Positions 48,495 through 61,883 of a stretch of 64,000 bases of DNA are shown here, piece after piece. How positions within the stretch are numbered: the stretch's first letter is position 1; the number at the start of each line of letters is the position of its first letter. Origin of the DNA: Octopus sinensis (taxonomy: Eukaryota); assembly GCF_006345805.1 (NCBI RefSeq), contig NC_043007.1, forward strand, positions 63,054,001 to 63,118,000. Reading direction: 5' to 3'. Under the pieces are notes generated by a model. That model ran no database searches. It worked only from the letters and a program-made list of their open reading frames with translations, and was not told where the DNA came from. Made by a program: the position numbers and the translations under genes.

Positions 48495-50076
48495 CCCACA
48501 TCTCCTTCCCAGTTTTCAGAGTTGGCACTGTCAATGTTGGTACATTGAAAGGTAGGTCTAGTGAGATTGTAGAGATGCTTGAGAGAAGACGGGTTGATGT
48601 ATGCTGCATACAAGAGGTAAGATGGAGAGGTGCTTCAGCTAGGGTCCTCACAGGCAAGGCACATAGGTACAAAGTCTTCTGGCAAGGTAACATGGATGGT
48701 GTAGGGGGTGTAGGCATTCTCCTTGCGGAGAAATGGGTGGATAAGGTCATAGAGGTTATCAGGATTTGCGATAGAGTGCTCAAGCTCAGGTTGGTCCTAC
48801 AGAGTGGCACAGCTACGATTATCTCCGCCTATGCCCCACAAGCGGGACTACCAAATGATCAGAAGGACCACTTTTATGATACCCTTCTACAGGCTACCTC
48901 AAACACTAGTGGCAAGGACCTCATCTTTGTGGGTGGAGACTTTAATGGGCATATTGGGCGGGAATCGGGTATCTTCACTGGGGTACATGGTGGCCATGGT
49001 ATTGGCACCAGAAATGATGAGGGAACTAGACTACTGGAATTCTGTGATGCATGTAACCTTTTAATCTGCAACACTAAATTCAGGAAGCCTGACTGCCACC
49101 TTATAACCTATCAGTCAGGAGACTCCGCTAGCCAAATAGACTTCATCCTCACCATACAGCGGAAGGCAGGGTCGCTCTTAAATACAAAGACCCTCCCAGG
49201 TGAAGAATGTATCCCTCAGCATAGGCTAATCATCAGTGACTTTAAGCTTGAGGCCAGAAGGACTCCAAGAAACAAACCAATCCAGAAAAGAAGGATTTGG
49301 AAGCTAAAGAACCCTTCACATGGTCAGAGATTTAGGGACATCCTCATCAAGAAATTTGATGAGAGGGAGGAGGAGCTTCGGACGTCGGACATAGAAGGTA
49401 GCTGGGAATTCCTATGGGACAGCTTGCTGAGTGCCACAGACCAAGTCTGTGGATGGTGCAAAGTCCCTTCCAGACCTAGAGTTACATGGTGGTGGAATAG
49501 TGCAGTAGACAAAGCCATTAGTGCAAAGAGACGGGCCTGGAATGCCTGGAGGGATGGGGGTAGCCTGGGCAAAGTTCAGAAAGCTCCTACCCCTACCGGC
49601 GACAAAGGGTCTCTCGCTCAGAGTGAAAGGTAGATTGTATGATATGTGTGCGAACTGCCATGCTTCACGGTAGTGAAACATGGGCTGTGACTGCAGAGGA
49701 CATGCGTAGACTTGAAAGAAATGAAGCTAGCATGATCCGCTGGATGTGTAATGTCAGTGTGCATGCACGACAGAGTGTAAGCACCCTGAGAGAAATGCTG
49801 GACATAAGAAGCATCATATGTGGTGTGCAAGAGTGACGCTTGCGATAGTTTGGTCATGTACTGTGGATGGATGAGGAGAGATGTGTGAAGAAGTGCCACT
49901 CCCAAACAGTTGAAGGCATCAGGGGTAGAGGTAGACCCAGGAAGACATGGGATGAGGTAGTCAAGCATGACCTCAGAGCGTTGAGCCTCACTGAGGCAAT
50001 GGCGAAGGACCGAGATCTCTGGAGATATGCTGTGACTGCAAAGACCCGGGCTGCTTCATGCACCAGTTCCGCATAG
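48495..50076 (+). mobile_element. Young RTE LINE with open APE endonuclease frame and deleted RT core
   Basis: RVGTVNVGTL, CCIQEVRW, SAYAPQ, GGDFNGHIG, SQIDFIL and PQHRLI lie in one open frame. At ~49560 the sequence jumps to WAKFR...RLYDMCVRTAMLHGSETW...RGRPRKTW. Confidence 0.93.
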
Positions 50077-50094
50077 CCCCTGCCCATTCAAAGT

Positions 50095-50650
50095 ACCCTG
50101 GATCCCAGAACGTCCCACTGTGCTTGAGGAGACCTGTTGAGTCAAGTACATGAACATGAACATGAACATCGAAATAAATATCAATGGAAATAGTAGTTGT
50201 GATACTTGTGCCGGTGGCACATAAAAAGCACCATCCGAACGTGGCCGTAGCCAGTGCCGACTCGACTGGCTTCTGTGCCAGTGGGACATAAAAAGCACCA
50301 TCCGAACGTGGCCGATGCCAGCGCCACCCCGACTGGCTTCTGTGCCGGTGGCACATAAAAAGCACCATTCGAATGTGGCCGTTGCCAGCACCGCCTTGGC
50401 TGGCTTCCGTGCCGGTGGCACGTTAAAAGCTCCAACCAATCGTGGCCGATGACGGACCCCCCTGGCACCTGTGCAGGCGGCACGTAAAAAGCACCCACTA
50501 CACTCGCGGAGTGGTTGGCGTTAGGAAGGGCATCCAGCTGTAGAAACTCTGCCAGATCAGACTGGAGCCTGGTGCAGCCCCTGGCTTCCCAAACCCCGGT
50601 TGAACCGTCCAACCCGTGCTAGCGCGGAAAACGGACGTTAAAAAAAAAAA
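50095..50650 (+). mobile_element. Young SINE family C copy with ~5 internal ~61-bp tandem modules
   Basis: GTGCCGGTGGCAC(A/G)TAAAAAGCACC-like units at ~50208, 50274, 50342, 50409 and 50471; tail AACCCGTGCTAGCGCGGAAAACGGACGTTAAA. Confidence 0.88.
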
Positions 50651-50935
50651 CCTGCACTCACATCTGAACCAGAGACATCAAGGGATTACAAGTTTTGGCA
50701 CCAAAAGATACAAACTGGCAAGGGGACATGTACTGAGATCAATGTGTTAAAAAGAAAAAAAATTATTTATAAAATTTATAACAAAAGTAAATGAATAAGA
50801 TTGAATTTATATAGAGAGGGATTTACATAAAATATGTGAGGTACCCATAAGTATGATCTTTCAAAATTCACTTATTTTGGGGTTGCCAGAAATTTGGTCT
50901 ATATTTGTTCCTTTTGATGTCTTTCCAAGTGTTCT

Positions 50936-50953
50936 GGTTGTTGTTGTTATTGT

Positions 50954-50991
<38 letters not shown>

Positions 50992-51037
50992 TAGTAGTAG
51001 CAGCAGCAGCAGCAGTAGCAGCAGTAGTAGCAGCAGC
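50936..51037. repeat. Compound (GTT)n(GCA)n(GTA)n trinucleotide repeat
   Basis: Directly visible. Confidence 0.95.
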
Positions 51038-51146
51038 CTTCTTCAAATTCAAATCTGGAATGTGTAAGTTTGAAAATCAAAACCACTAGTGAATAATGAC
51101 TATATTTGGTATTGGTGGCCAGAGTTAATTTTAGTTTTATCTGTTA

Positions 51147-51663
51147 CTAGCAGTATCGCCCGGCGTTGCTCGGGTTTGTAAGGGAAATAACTATATAAGC
51201 ATTTTTAGAGAGTTACTTCCCTTATAGATGCCAATTCGGGCTTTCTTAGCCATTTCTGTTTTGGTGTCTTCAAGCCATGAAGTCGTTGTTCTAAAAGAAC
51301 GCTGGTCTCCTTGACAATGCTTTACGACGTTGATTTCCTTACACTCCCTTCCCCACAGCTTCATGAGGGAGGGAAGAAGGGGGAGAAGCAAACACAGGTG
51401 CAGGTGTTTGAGCATGGACGCCAACTCCGCCGCCATCGACACACGAAAAATTATGCATTAAAATGGAATAAAAAATGATGTTAAATTATTTTTAAAATCG
51501 TAGACTCATCGTAGACGCGCGCTAATAGCCAGATGGGCTCGATATTAATCACGACTATAAGATACCCGAATTTGGTTAAACTGCACCGCAAAATGTGGGA
51601 GGAGTTAGGAATCTAAATCGAAGGGGACAGACACTCACACAACTACAGTTTTATATATATAGA
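51147..51663 (-). mobile_element. Non-autonomous Helitron
   Basis: Minus strand: A|TCTATATATATAAAA ... CCCGAGCAACGCCGGG hairpin-CGATACTG-CTAG|T. Canonical TC...CTAG ends at an A|T site; CpG-rich, so probably young. Confidence 0.88.
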
Positions 51664-52164
51664 TATTCATCTGTTAGCTGGACTCTTTCATGACATCCAC
51701 AGACATTTTTACACTCAATCATCTTTGACATCAGTTTATGATAGGCATTAACCAACAAAAAGGAAAGCTTAATTTCCATGTCTAAAGGTCTTATGGAATA
51801 TTCAAGAAATTTTTGGTGAGCTTATAAAAACCTTGAAATTTTGATATCACTAGGGATTTTTTCGTAATAAACATGTGTCTAAAGACAGATATTTAATATA
51901 TATCTCATCCATTAACTTATACTCTTAAAAGAGTATCCTTGTTATAAGTGTCCAACATTTATACAAGATCTCTCAGCTCTCATCTTTTAGCAATTTCATT
52001 GTTTCTTAATTCACACACTTAACAAACATATAATAAATTCTAAATTATGCATATAAAAGTGTTTGTTTATTACTGTTCACGAATATGATTTCTTTCTTTA
52101 CTTTCTTTATTAGTTTCACCTCAAGAGCTTGGCCAGCTGGGGCACTGTTGTTAGCTTTGTTACA

Positions 52165-53045
52165 CTTTCAACACTTGAAACCTCCTCTGATATGTGCCAT
52201 TTGGCAAATGAGGGAGTTTGATGTTAATGCCCTCATCTGCATTTTTTGCCAGAAGGTAGGTTCCTCTGGAATTCTTGACAGGAGGAGATCCAGTTTTGTT
52301 TTGAAGATGCCTACATCTATGTGGGCCTCTCAAGCTTTTTGGGAGGATATTGAAGAGCTGTTGGTCCTGTTTCCTGATGGCAATGTTGGGATTTTTGGTA
52401 CTATGCAGTGGCACCCCATTATGCTGTTTGTGTAATTTTCAATGCCAAAGTTTGGTACAAGTTCTTCTAGGAGTTTCCAGATGTATATCACTTCATATCT
52501 TTTCCACCTTCTTTCTAGGGAGTAGAGTCTTAACTTTTATAGTCTCTCCAAGTAGATGACATGTTGCATTGAGATGATCTTCTGTGTTTAGCTTTGCTGG
52601 ATTGCTTTGAGTTCCATCATTAATTTTACACTGTGTGATGACCATAGTTGAAAGCAATAATTTAAATGGCAGAAGACAAATGTCCCCCAGAGGACCATCA
52701 TTGTTTCCTGTTCTCTTATTCTGAAAGTTCTAAGGATCCATCTGGTCAATTGTCTACATTTTATTGCCAGTCTAGTAATATGCACCTGGAAACAGGCATC
52801 ATTACTCATGTCAATAAGTAATGATTTGATTCGGGGATTGCAATCCCTCCTGGGCCAGTGTATCCTGTTTACTTTTCATTCAGTTCCATGTGTTGGTAAT
52901 GCAGGGCTTGGAATTTTCCAGTATTAAACTGCATGTCATTGTCCTCAGTCCACCAGTATATTGTGTCCAACCCCTGTTGCAGGTGTGCAATATCTCTAGG
53001 GTTCTGTATCCTCTGAGAGACTTTTGTATCATCTGCAAGGGCAGT
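52165..53045 (-). mobile_element. Decayed CR1/L2-like LINE, 3' RT fragment
   Basis: ADDTKV...LQQGLDTIYWWTEDNDMQFNTGKFQALHY and WILRTF...HLNYCFQLWS motifs. Confidence 0.85.
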
Positions 53046-53299
53046 CAAAGATATTTGTTTCACTTAAAGTTTATTCTACATATCAAAACCACTATGTAAA
53101 TTACCAGTCCTTCTTCGTCTGTAGAATGTCAGTATCATGGAACTACCCTCTCTGCTTATGTCTTTCTTATGATTGTCAGCTCACAACATTTTAATCAGAA
53201 TATCAAAATATTGATTTCACCAGTTTTGGAAGACTTGCAAAGGACATGAGCACCATTCCTTCCTCTAGTACACAGCAAAGGAAAAAACAAATTTAACTT

Positions 53300-53515
53300 T
53301 TGCATCCATTCTTCCATCCTTCTTCTCTTCAGACTATTCCTGAGATGCTCATGATGGTAGAGTCCTCAGGCTCCTCCTTCATAGGATCATATCAGAAACA
53401 ACCATCATTAGATTTTTTTATATGGAACCCCAAGCATAACCAACTGAGACCATGGATATTATCCCCCCCCCCACTTCATTTTTGGTCTACCCCTACGACT
53501 CCTGCCTGTTGATTC
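53300..53515 (-). mobile_element. RTE-type LINE C-terminal remnant
   Basis: The minus strand encodes RSRRGRPKMKW. Confidence 0.5.
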
Positions 53516-53884
53516 AGCTTGAAAAATCGATCTTGTATTAATTTCGAAATCTCTGTTGCTAAAATCTATGTTTGATTGTGAGACAACTCTTCAGTTATTT
53601 ATATCTGCCAGTGTGAGTTACTTTTTTTATTTCTAACACTGTTAAGTTTTTCCAGCTCTTTCTTTCTGTCTTTGCACATACACACACATGCATGCATACA
53701 CACATACACATATACATGTATGTATTATATGTGTATGAATATATGTTCATAGGAATGTTTGTATGTATGTATGTATGTATGTATGTATGTACGTACGTAC
53801 ATATGTATGTTTGCATGTATGTATGTGTGTATGCATGTCTGCATGTATGTATGTGATTAGGGATTTATGTGAAAAAAACATTAA

Positions 53885-54310
53885 GGCGTTCAATATACAA
53901 TTGCAGGGAAGTGAGTAGTAGAGCCTGATATAAATGTATTTATTTTTTCAAAGTAAGTCATGTAGGGAGGAGTAGAGCTCATGATATGTTCAGCCCTTCC
54001 CAAACTGGTGATATTGCTGCAGAGATCAGTTTCAGAGGGTTGCAGTTCTGCAGAAGAATGAATGCATTTAAGATAAGGTCTTAGAGATAAGATACAGTGT
54101 GTCAGATAGACTGAAGTGGAGAGAGTATGCTGCAAGTTGGTTCAGGAAAGCAGAAGCTGTTGTGTTAGTGTTAGATGAAGCAAATATAAAACACCACATG
54201 TCAGTTTGCTAATGTCTGTAGTGTGTTAGCAAATAAGTCTTTACTAATCTGTGTAATAGCCTTTTGTTGGGTCTGGTCTAATTGATACCATTAACCTCAG
54301 TATTGATGGA
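53885..54310 (-). mobile_element. Highly decayed LINE RT 3' remnant
   Basis: LDQTQQKAITQI-like segment in degenerate frames. Confidence 0.4.
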
Positions 54311-54738
54311 TCTAAGGTATTTCTGTGTGTGTGTATGAATGTGTGTGTGTGTGTGCATGTGCAGCAACCCGTAGTTGCAAGCTATAATCCAAAGTCAATC
54401 TAAAAGTAACTACATCATTTAGTAACTGTCATGTTGTTTCACATAAAAATTGATATAAATTTTGGCAAAATCTCAATGGACAAAATAAAGATAAGTGAAA
54501 TCCACAACATAACGCATAAACACCCCCTGACATTCTGCATCATATGCCACTATGCTATAGAACCATCTTCACTTCAGCAGAACTGAACTGATACTGGCAT
54601 GGAACCAATGTATGGATCTAATGGTATAGTTACTGAAATATAAATAATATTCATACATACAGCACCATTATCTGGAGGAGGAAAAGAAGGGAAGAGAAGC
54701 AATATATATATGTGAAAAGCTCTCTCTCTCTCTCTATC

Positions 54739-54773
<35 letters not shown>

Positions 54774-54924
54774 TGAGTGAGAGATGTGATATATATATAC
54801 TCACATGTGTGTATGTGAATGTGTACATATATATGTATATGTATGTGTGTGTATATCTCATGTATCTCCCCCCTCTCTCTCTATATATATATATGTATAT
54901 GTATATGTATATATATATATATGT

Positions 54925-55677
54925 GTATTAATCTTCATCGAGATTTTCAATGGGTTTTTGTCATTGCTGATATACCGCATCCTATTCTCGATGCTGATTG
55001 CTTGGATCATTTTAATCTATTGGTAGATGTCAGGCATTGGAGGCTTCTCGACGGTACTACATCGCTCTCCACGCCAACAAGAGGTTCTACCAATGCGGTT
55101 CTTAGCCCGACATTTTTTGTTGCCAACCATGGAGATGCCTTTCATTCTCTTTTGGCTTTATTTCCAGAGCTAGTGGACATTACTTTTCAGTCGGCAAAGC
55201 CTGCCCACTCGACCCTTCATTTTATCACCACCACTGGCCCGCCTGTTTTTTCGAGCCCACAGCATCTTGCGCTTGACTATCTCAAAATGGCTAGGGCCGA
55301 GTTTGAGCACATGCTCCAACTTGGCCTGATACACCCCTCCACCAGTCCATGGGCGTCTCCCCTTCACTTGGTGCGAAAAGGGGAGTCTGATTTTCGCCCA
55401 GTAGGAGATTATCGATGCCCCAATGCAGTAACGATACCAGATCACTACCCAATAAGAATTCTTCAGGTTTTTCGGCGAATCTTCATGGCTGTACCATTTT
55501 TTCAAAAGTTGATCTTATACGTACTTATCACCAAATATCATCAACCCAGCTGATGTTCCGAAAACCGCTATTACTACCCCTTTTGGGTGCTTTGAGTTTT
55601 TATACATGAGTTTCGGTTTGAGGAATGCTACCAGCATGTTCCAACATTTCATTGATGAAGTTGTCCACGGTCTTGAT
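54925..55677 (+). mobile_element. Ty3/Gypsy pol fragment (protease end plus RT N-half), frameshifted
   Basis: FVIADIPHPILDAD, ARAEFEHMLQLGLIHPSTSPWASPLHLV, RPVGDYR, FSKVDL, KTAITTPFG and FGLRNA motifs. Confidence 0.92.
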
Positions 55678-55764
55678 TGAATTCTGGTTGAATTCCAGTC
55701 TTTATTGCTTTATTTTTAAAAAATGCATAGAGAGACATATACTAACAACTCTTCAGCTAACAGG

Positions 55765-56150
55765 CTATCATCATCATTATCATCATTTAACATCTGTTTT
55801 CCATGTTGGCATAGGCTGGACGGTTTGACAGGAGCTGGTAAGGGTGGGGATCATACCAGGCTCCATTGCCTGTTCTGGCATGGTTTCTATAGCTGGATAC
55901 CCTTCCTCGTGTCAACAACTTTACAGAGTGTACTGGGTCCTTTTTATGCGACACCAGCACCAGTGCTTTTTATGTGGCATCAGCACCAGTACTTTTTATG
56001 TGGCACCAGCACTAGTATCAATTCTACTGTGGTGGGTCTTCTTGAGAACAGCAAGATGCCAGACATCTTGGCCCTTTGTCATCTCCTTTGTAAGGCTCAA
56101 TGTCTTGAGATTGGCCTTCAATACTTCATTCCATCTCATCTTCTATGCTT
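55765..56150 (-). mobile_element. SINE family C
   Basis: (ATC)n-TTTAACATCTGTTTTCCATG...CTATAGCTGGATA...GTGCTTTTTATGTGGCA. Confidence 0.75.
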
Positions 56151-56626
56151 CAATACTACAAAACACTCTACTTCAAGCACAATTAAACTTTAATTTGAAT
56201 AAAACATCTTGCCATCAATAAGGACAGGAGTCATCTAGTCCCTATCAACCCTCCTGACACACCATCATTAATTCTACCCTCAGCAACAATTGGTTTGTCT
56301 ATCTAACAAAACATATTACTCATACTCACCTCTAGTAAATATAGCAGCAATCTATGACTTTCAAAATAGAATTATTTATTCTACCATTATTGATTTACTT
56401 GTCAGACTAGATGTTATTTGGAAATTTTAGATATATTTACATAAATTATTAAAACTCCCAGCAGACTGATTTCTATACTTGGCAGAAATAACTTAAAAAG
56501 TGAATGGCTCACAGAGATCTAAAATAGGTACCATGTAGAGGTAAAGCAAGTGTACAATGTGATGTGCAAGTGTTTAACTCACTCACTTGAAATATTTTTA
56601 TGAATAGAATTTGTTTTCCATGTGAA

Positions 56627-57082
56627 TGCAGACATAACTGCGTAGTTAAAAAGTTTGCTTCTCAACTATGTGATTTTAGATTCAGTCCCACTTCATGGCG
56701 CATTAGGCAAGTATCTTATACTTTAACCCTGAGTCAACCAAAGCCTTGTGAATGAATATGGCCAATGGAAGCTGAAAGAAGCCCATCATATATGTAGGTA
56801 TGTATGTGTGCATGCATATATCTATGTATAAGTAAAAGCTTATGTGTGTTTGTATCTCCTTGTCTTGACATCATGTGATAGTCGTGAGCATCACTGCCAT
56901 ACAGGTGGTGTCATTAATTTCCAGTCTTCCATGAAAACATGTCCAGTCAAGAGAATATATTAGCATACTTGGAAACAGGTGGTGATTGGTGACAGGAAGG
57001 GAGTCTAACTGTAGAAAATCTGCCTAGATGAATTCCATCTGACTCCTGCAAGTATGGGCCAGATGTTAAACAATGATGATGA
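56627..57082 (+). mobile_element. tRNA-headed SINE ending in the family C / RTE-like tail
   Basis: Degenerate A/B boxes (GTAGTTAA...GATTCAGTCCCAC) and a 3' GATGTTAAACAATGATGATG tail. Confidence 0.65.
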
Positions 57083-58224
57083 CATTTCAGTGCAATTTTC
57101 TAACCATTTAATTTTTCTACATCAATTAGTGTACAGTTTTGTGTACATATTTAGTGAGTCTTCCATCATTATTTATGCATATACATAAAGTCTATAGTTC
57201 AGTGAAGGTGGTCACAAAAAGAGTGACACATGTCTGAAGTTGTCTCCTGTACTTCTCAAAACAATCCAAATACTATTAGCTCATGACTAATTATTATAAT
57301 TATTTTCAGTAAGCTTTTTAATACTCCCTTTACTAAATATGTTAAAACTAACTTAATTAAATCAGGAGATAGCTTGGCAATATATCAAGAAAAAGAAGGA
57401 TGGTCTTTCAAACATATAACTGTGATGCTTACCAATAATTAATAATCATGATTGATCACATGGAAAGAAACTATGAATTATAACATACATCACTTCTTCA
57501 TGTGTCACCCTATAGATGATAGCAATTATGGACCAACCCTACCTGTCCTACACACCTAAGTTAGCAAGTTATTGGGTTGGTCCTTCTGCAGTCAGTTAGT
57601 AAGGTGAAGAATCTCTCTTTTTCCCATTTTCTTTCCATCAATTTCTCAGTTGTTACTAAGTGCTCATGGCTTTGTCTTCTCATATGCTAGCATTAATTTG
57701 ACAGTGTGACAAAACTTAACAGGTCCAAAGATTGCATTGTGCTCCAATGCGATGCTCTTCCTAATGCCAACCACTTTACAGAGTGTACTGGGCAGTTTTC
57801 TTGTGGCACAGCACTATTGAAGTTGAGATGCAGCTTTCAAGACTATGATACTGGCGTTCAAGACTAATTTACTGGTGTTACAGCAGAAAGGGTGGTTTTA
57901 TGTCTGGAAATGAGTAGTTAAAGTGTGAGGCTTCACCAGTCACTGCATTCGCCACCCTCACACACTCTTTGCATTCATGTGAAGTCTCTACTCCCTACTC
58001 ATGCACCTTTGGCAATACCCTACCATTTATATTCTGACCCTCATATCTTGAGAGTATGCCCTGGTACTTAGCCACCATGTATCTTTTGCTCTACTTCACC
58101 ATCCCATTTATATTCTGATCCCCATTCCTTGTGAGTATCCACTGGCACTTCACCACCATCTATCTCTCCTTCCTACTCTCTCTTACACCCTCCCTCTGAC
58201 TGGTTAACTATGTATCTCTTTTAC

Positions 58225-58590
58225 AGCAAAAACACTTGTTCTGTCACTCTGTCACACTCTAAACTTTCATCATCTGGTACAAGATCACCTCCTCAAATAC
58301 CACCTCCTCTCTCAAAGAATCTTCGTCTTGCAAGTTGCTTGGTAACCCTACTAATGAAGGTGTCACGTAAAAAGTATCCAGTCCACACTGTAAAGTGGTT
58401 GGTGTTTGGAAGGGCATCCAGCTGTAAAAACCATGCCAAAACCAACCTCGCCTGTGCTGGTGTCACATAAAAAGCACTCAGTCCACTCTGGAGGGTGGTT
58501 GGTGTTAAGAAGGTTATCCAGCCATAAAAAGCATGCCACAACAGATGCAGACGCCTGGTGAAGATGTACGAGGATGATGATGACAACAAT
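58225..58590 (+). mobile_element. SINE family C, decayed
   Basis: GTGTCACGTAAAAAG...GTGGTTGG...AGGGCATCCAGCTGTA occurs twice; GATGATG tail. Confidence 0.7.
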
Positions 58591-59088
58591 GTTTCTGCTC
58601 ATGTAAGGGTATCAACATTTACTACTCCATTTGTACAGGGTATTTTCAGCTTTCATTTAAGAAACCACCTCTCTACAGTTAAATTTTTTCCAGTTCCATG
58701 AACCAGCTATATTACCTTGTTCTGTCAACAAGGGAGCATCAGCAGGGTTGTTTGAATTGCTAGAAATAGCAACTAAATCTTCCTCCAATTACACATTACC
58801 TTGAAAGAGGAGATGCACAATGGATAATGTAGTCTTGGGTGCACTGTGTTAAGGAAAACATCTAGTCACAAATGGAATGTCTTTGATTGATTGTAGATCA
58901 CTTAGTCAGGGGTAAATTGAAGTTAATCAATAACCTCGGTGATGTGTCCTTCACATTACACAATGCAAAACCAATGGCCAGGGTTTCAAATTTTACCTAT
59001 AGATCAGTACTGCTTGGTAACTAAAGATATTTGATAAGATTGGTTTATCATATTTAAAACAAAAATTAAATATAATCACATTATTTTT

Positions 59089-59550
59089 TTAACCCATTTG
59101 ACACCCACCTGAGACAGTCCCTGAACTATAAACTTCCTGTTTTTAAAGAGTATGAATTAAAACCTTCTATCAAAATTTCATGTTCCAAATGCCAGCTTAA
59201 TAATTCTTTCTACTAAAGGCACAAGGCTAGAAACTGGGGGCGGGGACTAATCAATTATATCAACCCCAGTGTTTGACTGATACTTAATTTATCAACTCCA
59301 AAAGGATGAAAGGAAAAGTCGACCTTGGCAGAATTTGAACTCAGAATGTAAACACAGATGAAATGCTGGTACGCATTTTCCCTGGTATGATTCTGGTGTG
59401 ATTCCCTGGCATGATTCTGCCACCGTGCACTGCCTTAAAATGCCAACTTAATAATGACAACATTATTTTACAAAATTAATTTTAATTTCAAATTTAATTA
59501 AAAGAAAGGCAGTGTTTTTCAATAGAAATTTGGAAGCAAAAGAGCTAAAG
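59089..59550. mobile_element. TTAA MITE with a SINE family B copy (-, ~59203-59437) nested inside
   Basis: Starts TTAACCC. AAATGCCA(G/A)CTTAATAAT is repeated on both sides of the SINE, like a TSD. Confidence 0.65.
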
Positions 59551-60231
59551 GAATGTTTAAAAAGGAAATAAGGAGAACAAACAATGTAAAAAATATTAGT
59601 AAATCTTATTTCCAAGAGACAGTGAAAGCATTCATGTATTCAACATCCAAAAATTAAAAAAAAAAAAACAACAACAAAACAAAACAATAATCAATTAACT
59701 GAAACAGCAGCAGTTACAATTTATATTGCAATTCTTTTTTTCCATCTTTCTTCTTCATTTCTTTTAGAACCAAAATTTACATATAAAGTGACAGTCAAGA
59801 GTCTCCCTACAAATGCGAAAGAATTCTTTCTCTTATATTATTTACACAAAAAAAACCAAAGAAATAAAAAAATAGAAGGTAAAGATAAGAATATCATTTA
59901 AGTTTCAACAAATAACATTTGAAATGAAAAGTAAATTTTTTATAATTTTGCAAATGCTAGTTTAATCATTATTTTGAGCATATCTATATTTATGAATATT
60001 TGCATATCTATATATAAGCATATATATATATATATATATATGGATATATATATATATATATAATTATAAATGAGGGTGAAAAATCGATATTAATTTAATA
60101 ATACCATTAATTTAACACCAAGTGGCTTAATATATATATATATATATATATGCATATATATAAATATATATATACATATATAAATATATAGATACATATG
60201 AATATATATATGCATACATCTCTCTCTCTCT

Positions 60232-60413
60232 GTAAAAAGCACCCACTACACTCACGGAGTGGTTGGCGTTAGGAAGGGCATCCAGCTGTAGAAACATTGC
60301 CAAATTAGACTGGAGCCTGGTGCAGCCTTCTGGCTTCCCAGAACCCCGGTCGAACCGTCCAACCCATGCTAGCATGGAGAACGGACGTTAAACGACGATG
60401 ATGATGATGATGA
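60232..60413 (+). mobile_element. SINE family C 3' part (second copy at 60937-61089)
   Basis: GTTGGCGTTAGGAAGGGCATCCAGCTGTAGAAAC...AACGGACGTTAAACGACGATGATG. Confidence 0.88.
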
Positions 60414-60429
60414 TATATATATATATATA

Positions 60430-60793
60430 TATATATATACAGCAAAATGTCTGTCTGTGTGTGTGTGTCCTTTATACAAATCCACAATTTTTCAGCTAGA
60501 GGGCTTGCATTTTCTATGGTCATTCAAAACCGTCCAAGGGTGGTCGTGCACATCTTTACATTTCCACAGTCACCCCGCAAAGCCATCAAAAAATCAATAG
60601 AAGTGACTTTTTTGTGAATTTTCTATCCAAAACCCAATCAAAATGCCCGAAACTTGATACGCCAATTGAATGCCACCTAGCTGTATGTGATTGGTCAGAG
60701 ATTTGGGCAGTACTTGTGTGTATGTGCACAAGTACACAGCTGTATATGCATGCAATAGCACTATGACCTGGCGTTGCCGGGTCATAGTGCTAG
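60430..60793 (+). mobile_element. Non-autonomous Helitron-like element in (TA)n
   Basis: 3' hairpin CACTATGACCTGGC-gtt-GCCGGGTCATAGTG immediately followed by CTAG|T; the 5' end merges into the TA repeat. Confidence 0.75.
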
Positions 60794-60811
60794 TATATAC
60801 ATATATATATG

Positions 60812-60853
<42 letters not shown>

Positions 60854-61244
60854 TAAATACATATGTATATATATTATATATATATATATATATACATATA
60901 TAAGTATATATGCATATATATAAATATATATATATAGTTGGCGTTAGGAAGGGCATCCAGCTGTAGAAACACTGCCAGATCTGACTGGCCTGGTGCAGCC
61001 TTCGGGCTCCCCAGACCCCAGTTGAACCGTCCAACCCATGCTAGCATGGAAAACGGACGCTAAATGATGATGATGATGATGATGATGATACATGCATATA
61101 TATATATATACATATATACATGCATATACATACACATATATATATGCATGTATATTCATATATATATATGCATATATGTTTATATGCATATATATATGTA
61201 TATATGCATATACGTATGTATATATGCATATATATATATATGGA

Positions 61245-61300
<56 letters not shown>

Positions 61301-61612
61301 TATATATTATATACATATATATATATATATAATATGGAATTTATATATTATGGAATATATATATATATCGGTTTTCGAACAACACATTGAATAACTCATG
61401 CTTTATATATATATATAAAGCGCGATTTATTTGTGATCAGAGGCATTCATAAGCTGATGTACTCCTCTCTTAGATAAACTTGAGAAAGACGGGAGATAAA
61501 GCACAATTCATTCGTGATCAGAGTTGTTTCTAAGCCAAGGTACTACTCTGTGTGTATATATATATATATATGTGTGTCTATATATGCATATATATGTGCA
61601 TATATATTATAA

Positions 61613-61745
61613 TATTTCTTTACTACCCGCAAGGGGCTAACACAGATGGGACAAATAAGGACAGACAAACGAATTAAGTCGATTATATCGACCCCAGTGT
61701 GTAACTGGTACTTAATTTTCGACCCCGAAAGGATGAAAGGCAAAG

Positions 61746-61748
<3 letters not shown>
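61613..61748 (-). mobile_element. Young SINE family B fragment
   Basis: GTCGATTATATCGACCCCAGTGTGTAACTGGTACTTAATTTTCGACCCCGAAAGGATGAAAGGCAAAGTC. Confidence 0.8.
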
Positions 61749-61797
<49 letters not shown>

Positions 61798-61883
61798 TAT
61801 ATGTGACAAGAAACAGGTGTATGCATATACATATATATGCATATATATATGCATATATTTATATATATATATATATATATATA

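Noticed and set aside
48386-48495. Hydrophobic N-terminus suggesting a secreted or domesticated endonuclease
   Set aside because: Non-ATG start, and the poly-Ala/Val comes from a (GCT)n(GTT)n microsatellite that happens to be in frame with the LINE.
50205-50500. CRISPR-like repeat/spacer appearance
   Set aside because: The spacers are homologous to each other, the array lies inside a SINE, there are no cas genes and the context is eukaryotic.
51664-51878. Minus-strand exon-like frame (THVYYEKIPSD...ERVQLTDEY) next to the Helitron
   Set aside because: Contains an in-frame TAA, has no clear donor and shows no recognised homology.
59768-59878. Plus-strand exon candidate after a strong polypyrimidine tract
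   Set aside because: The best frame hits TAG before the GT donor; low-complexity context.
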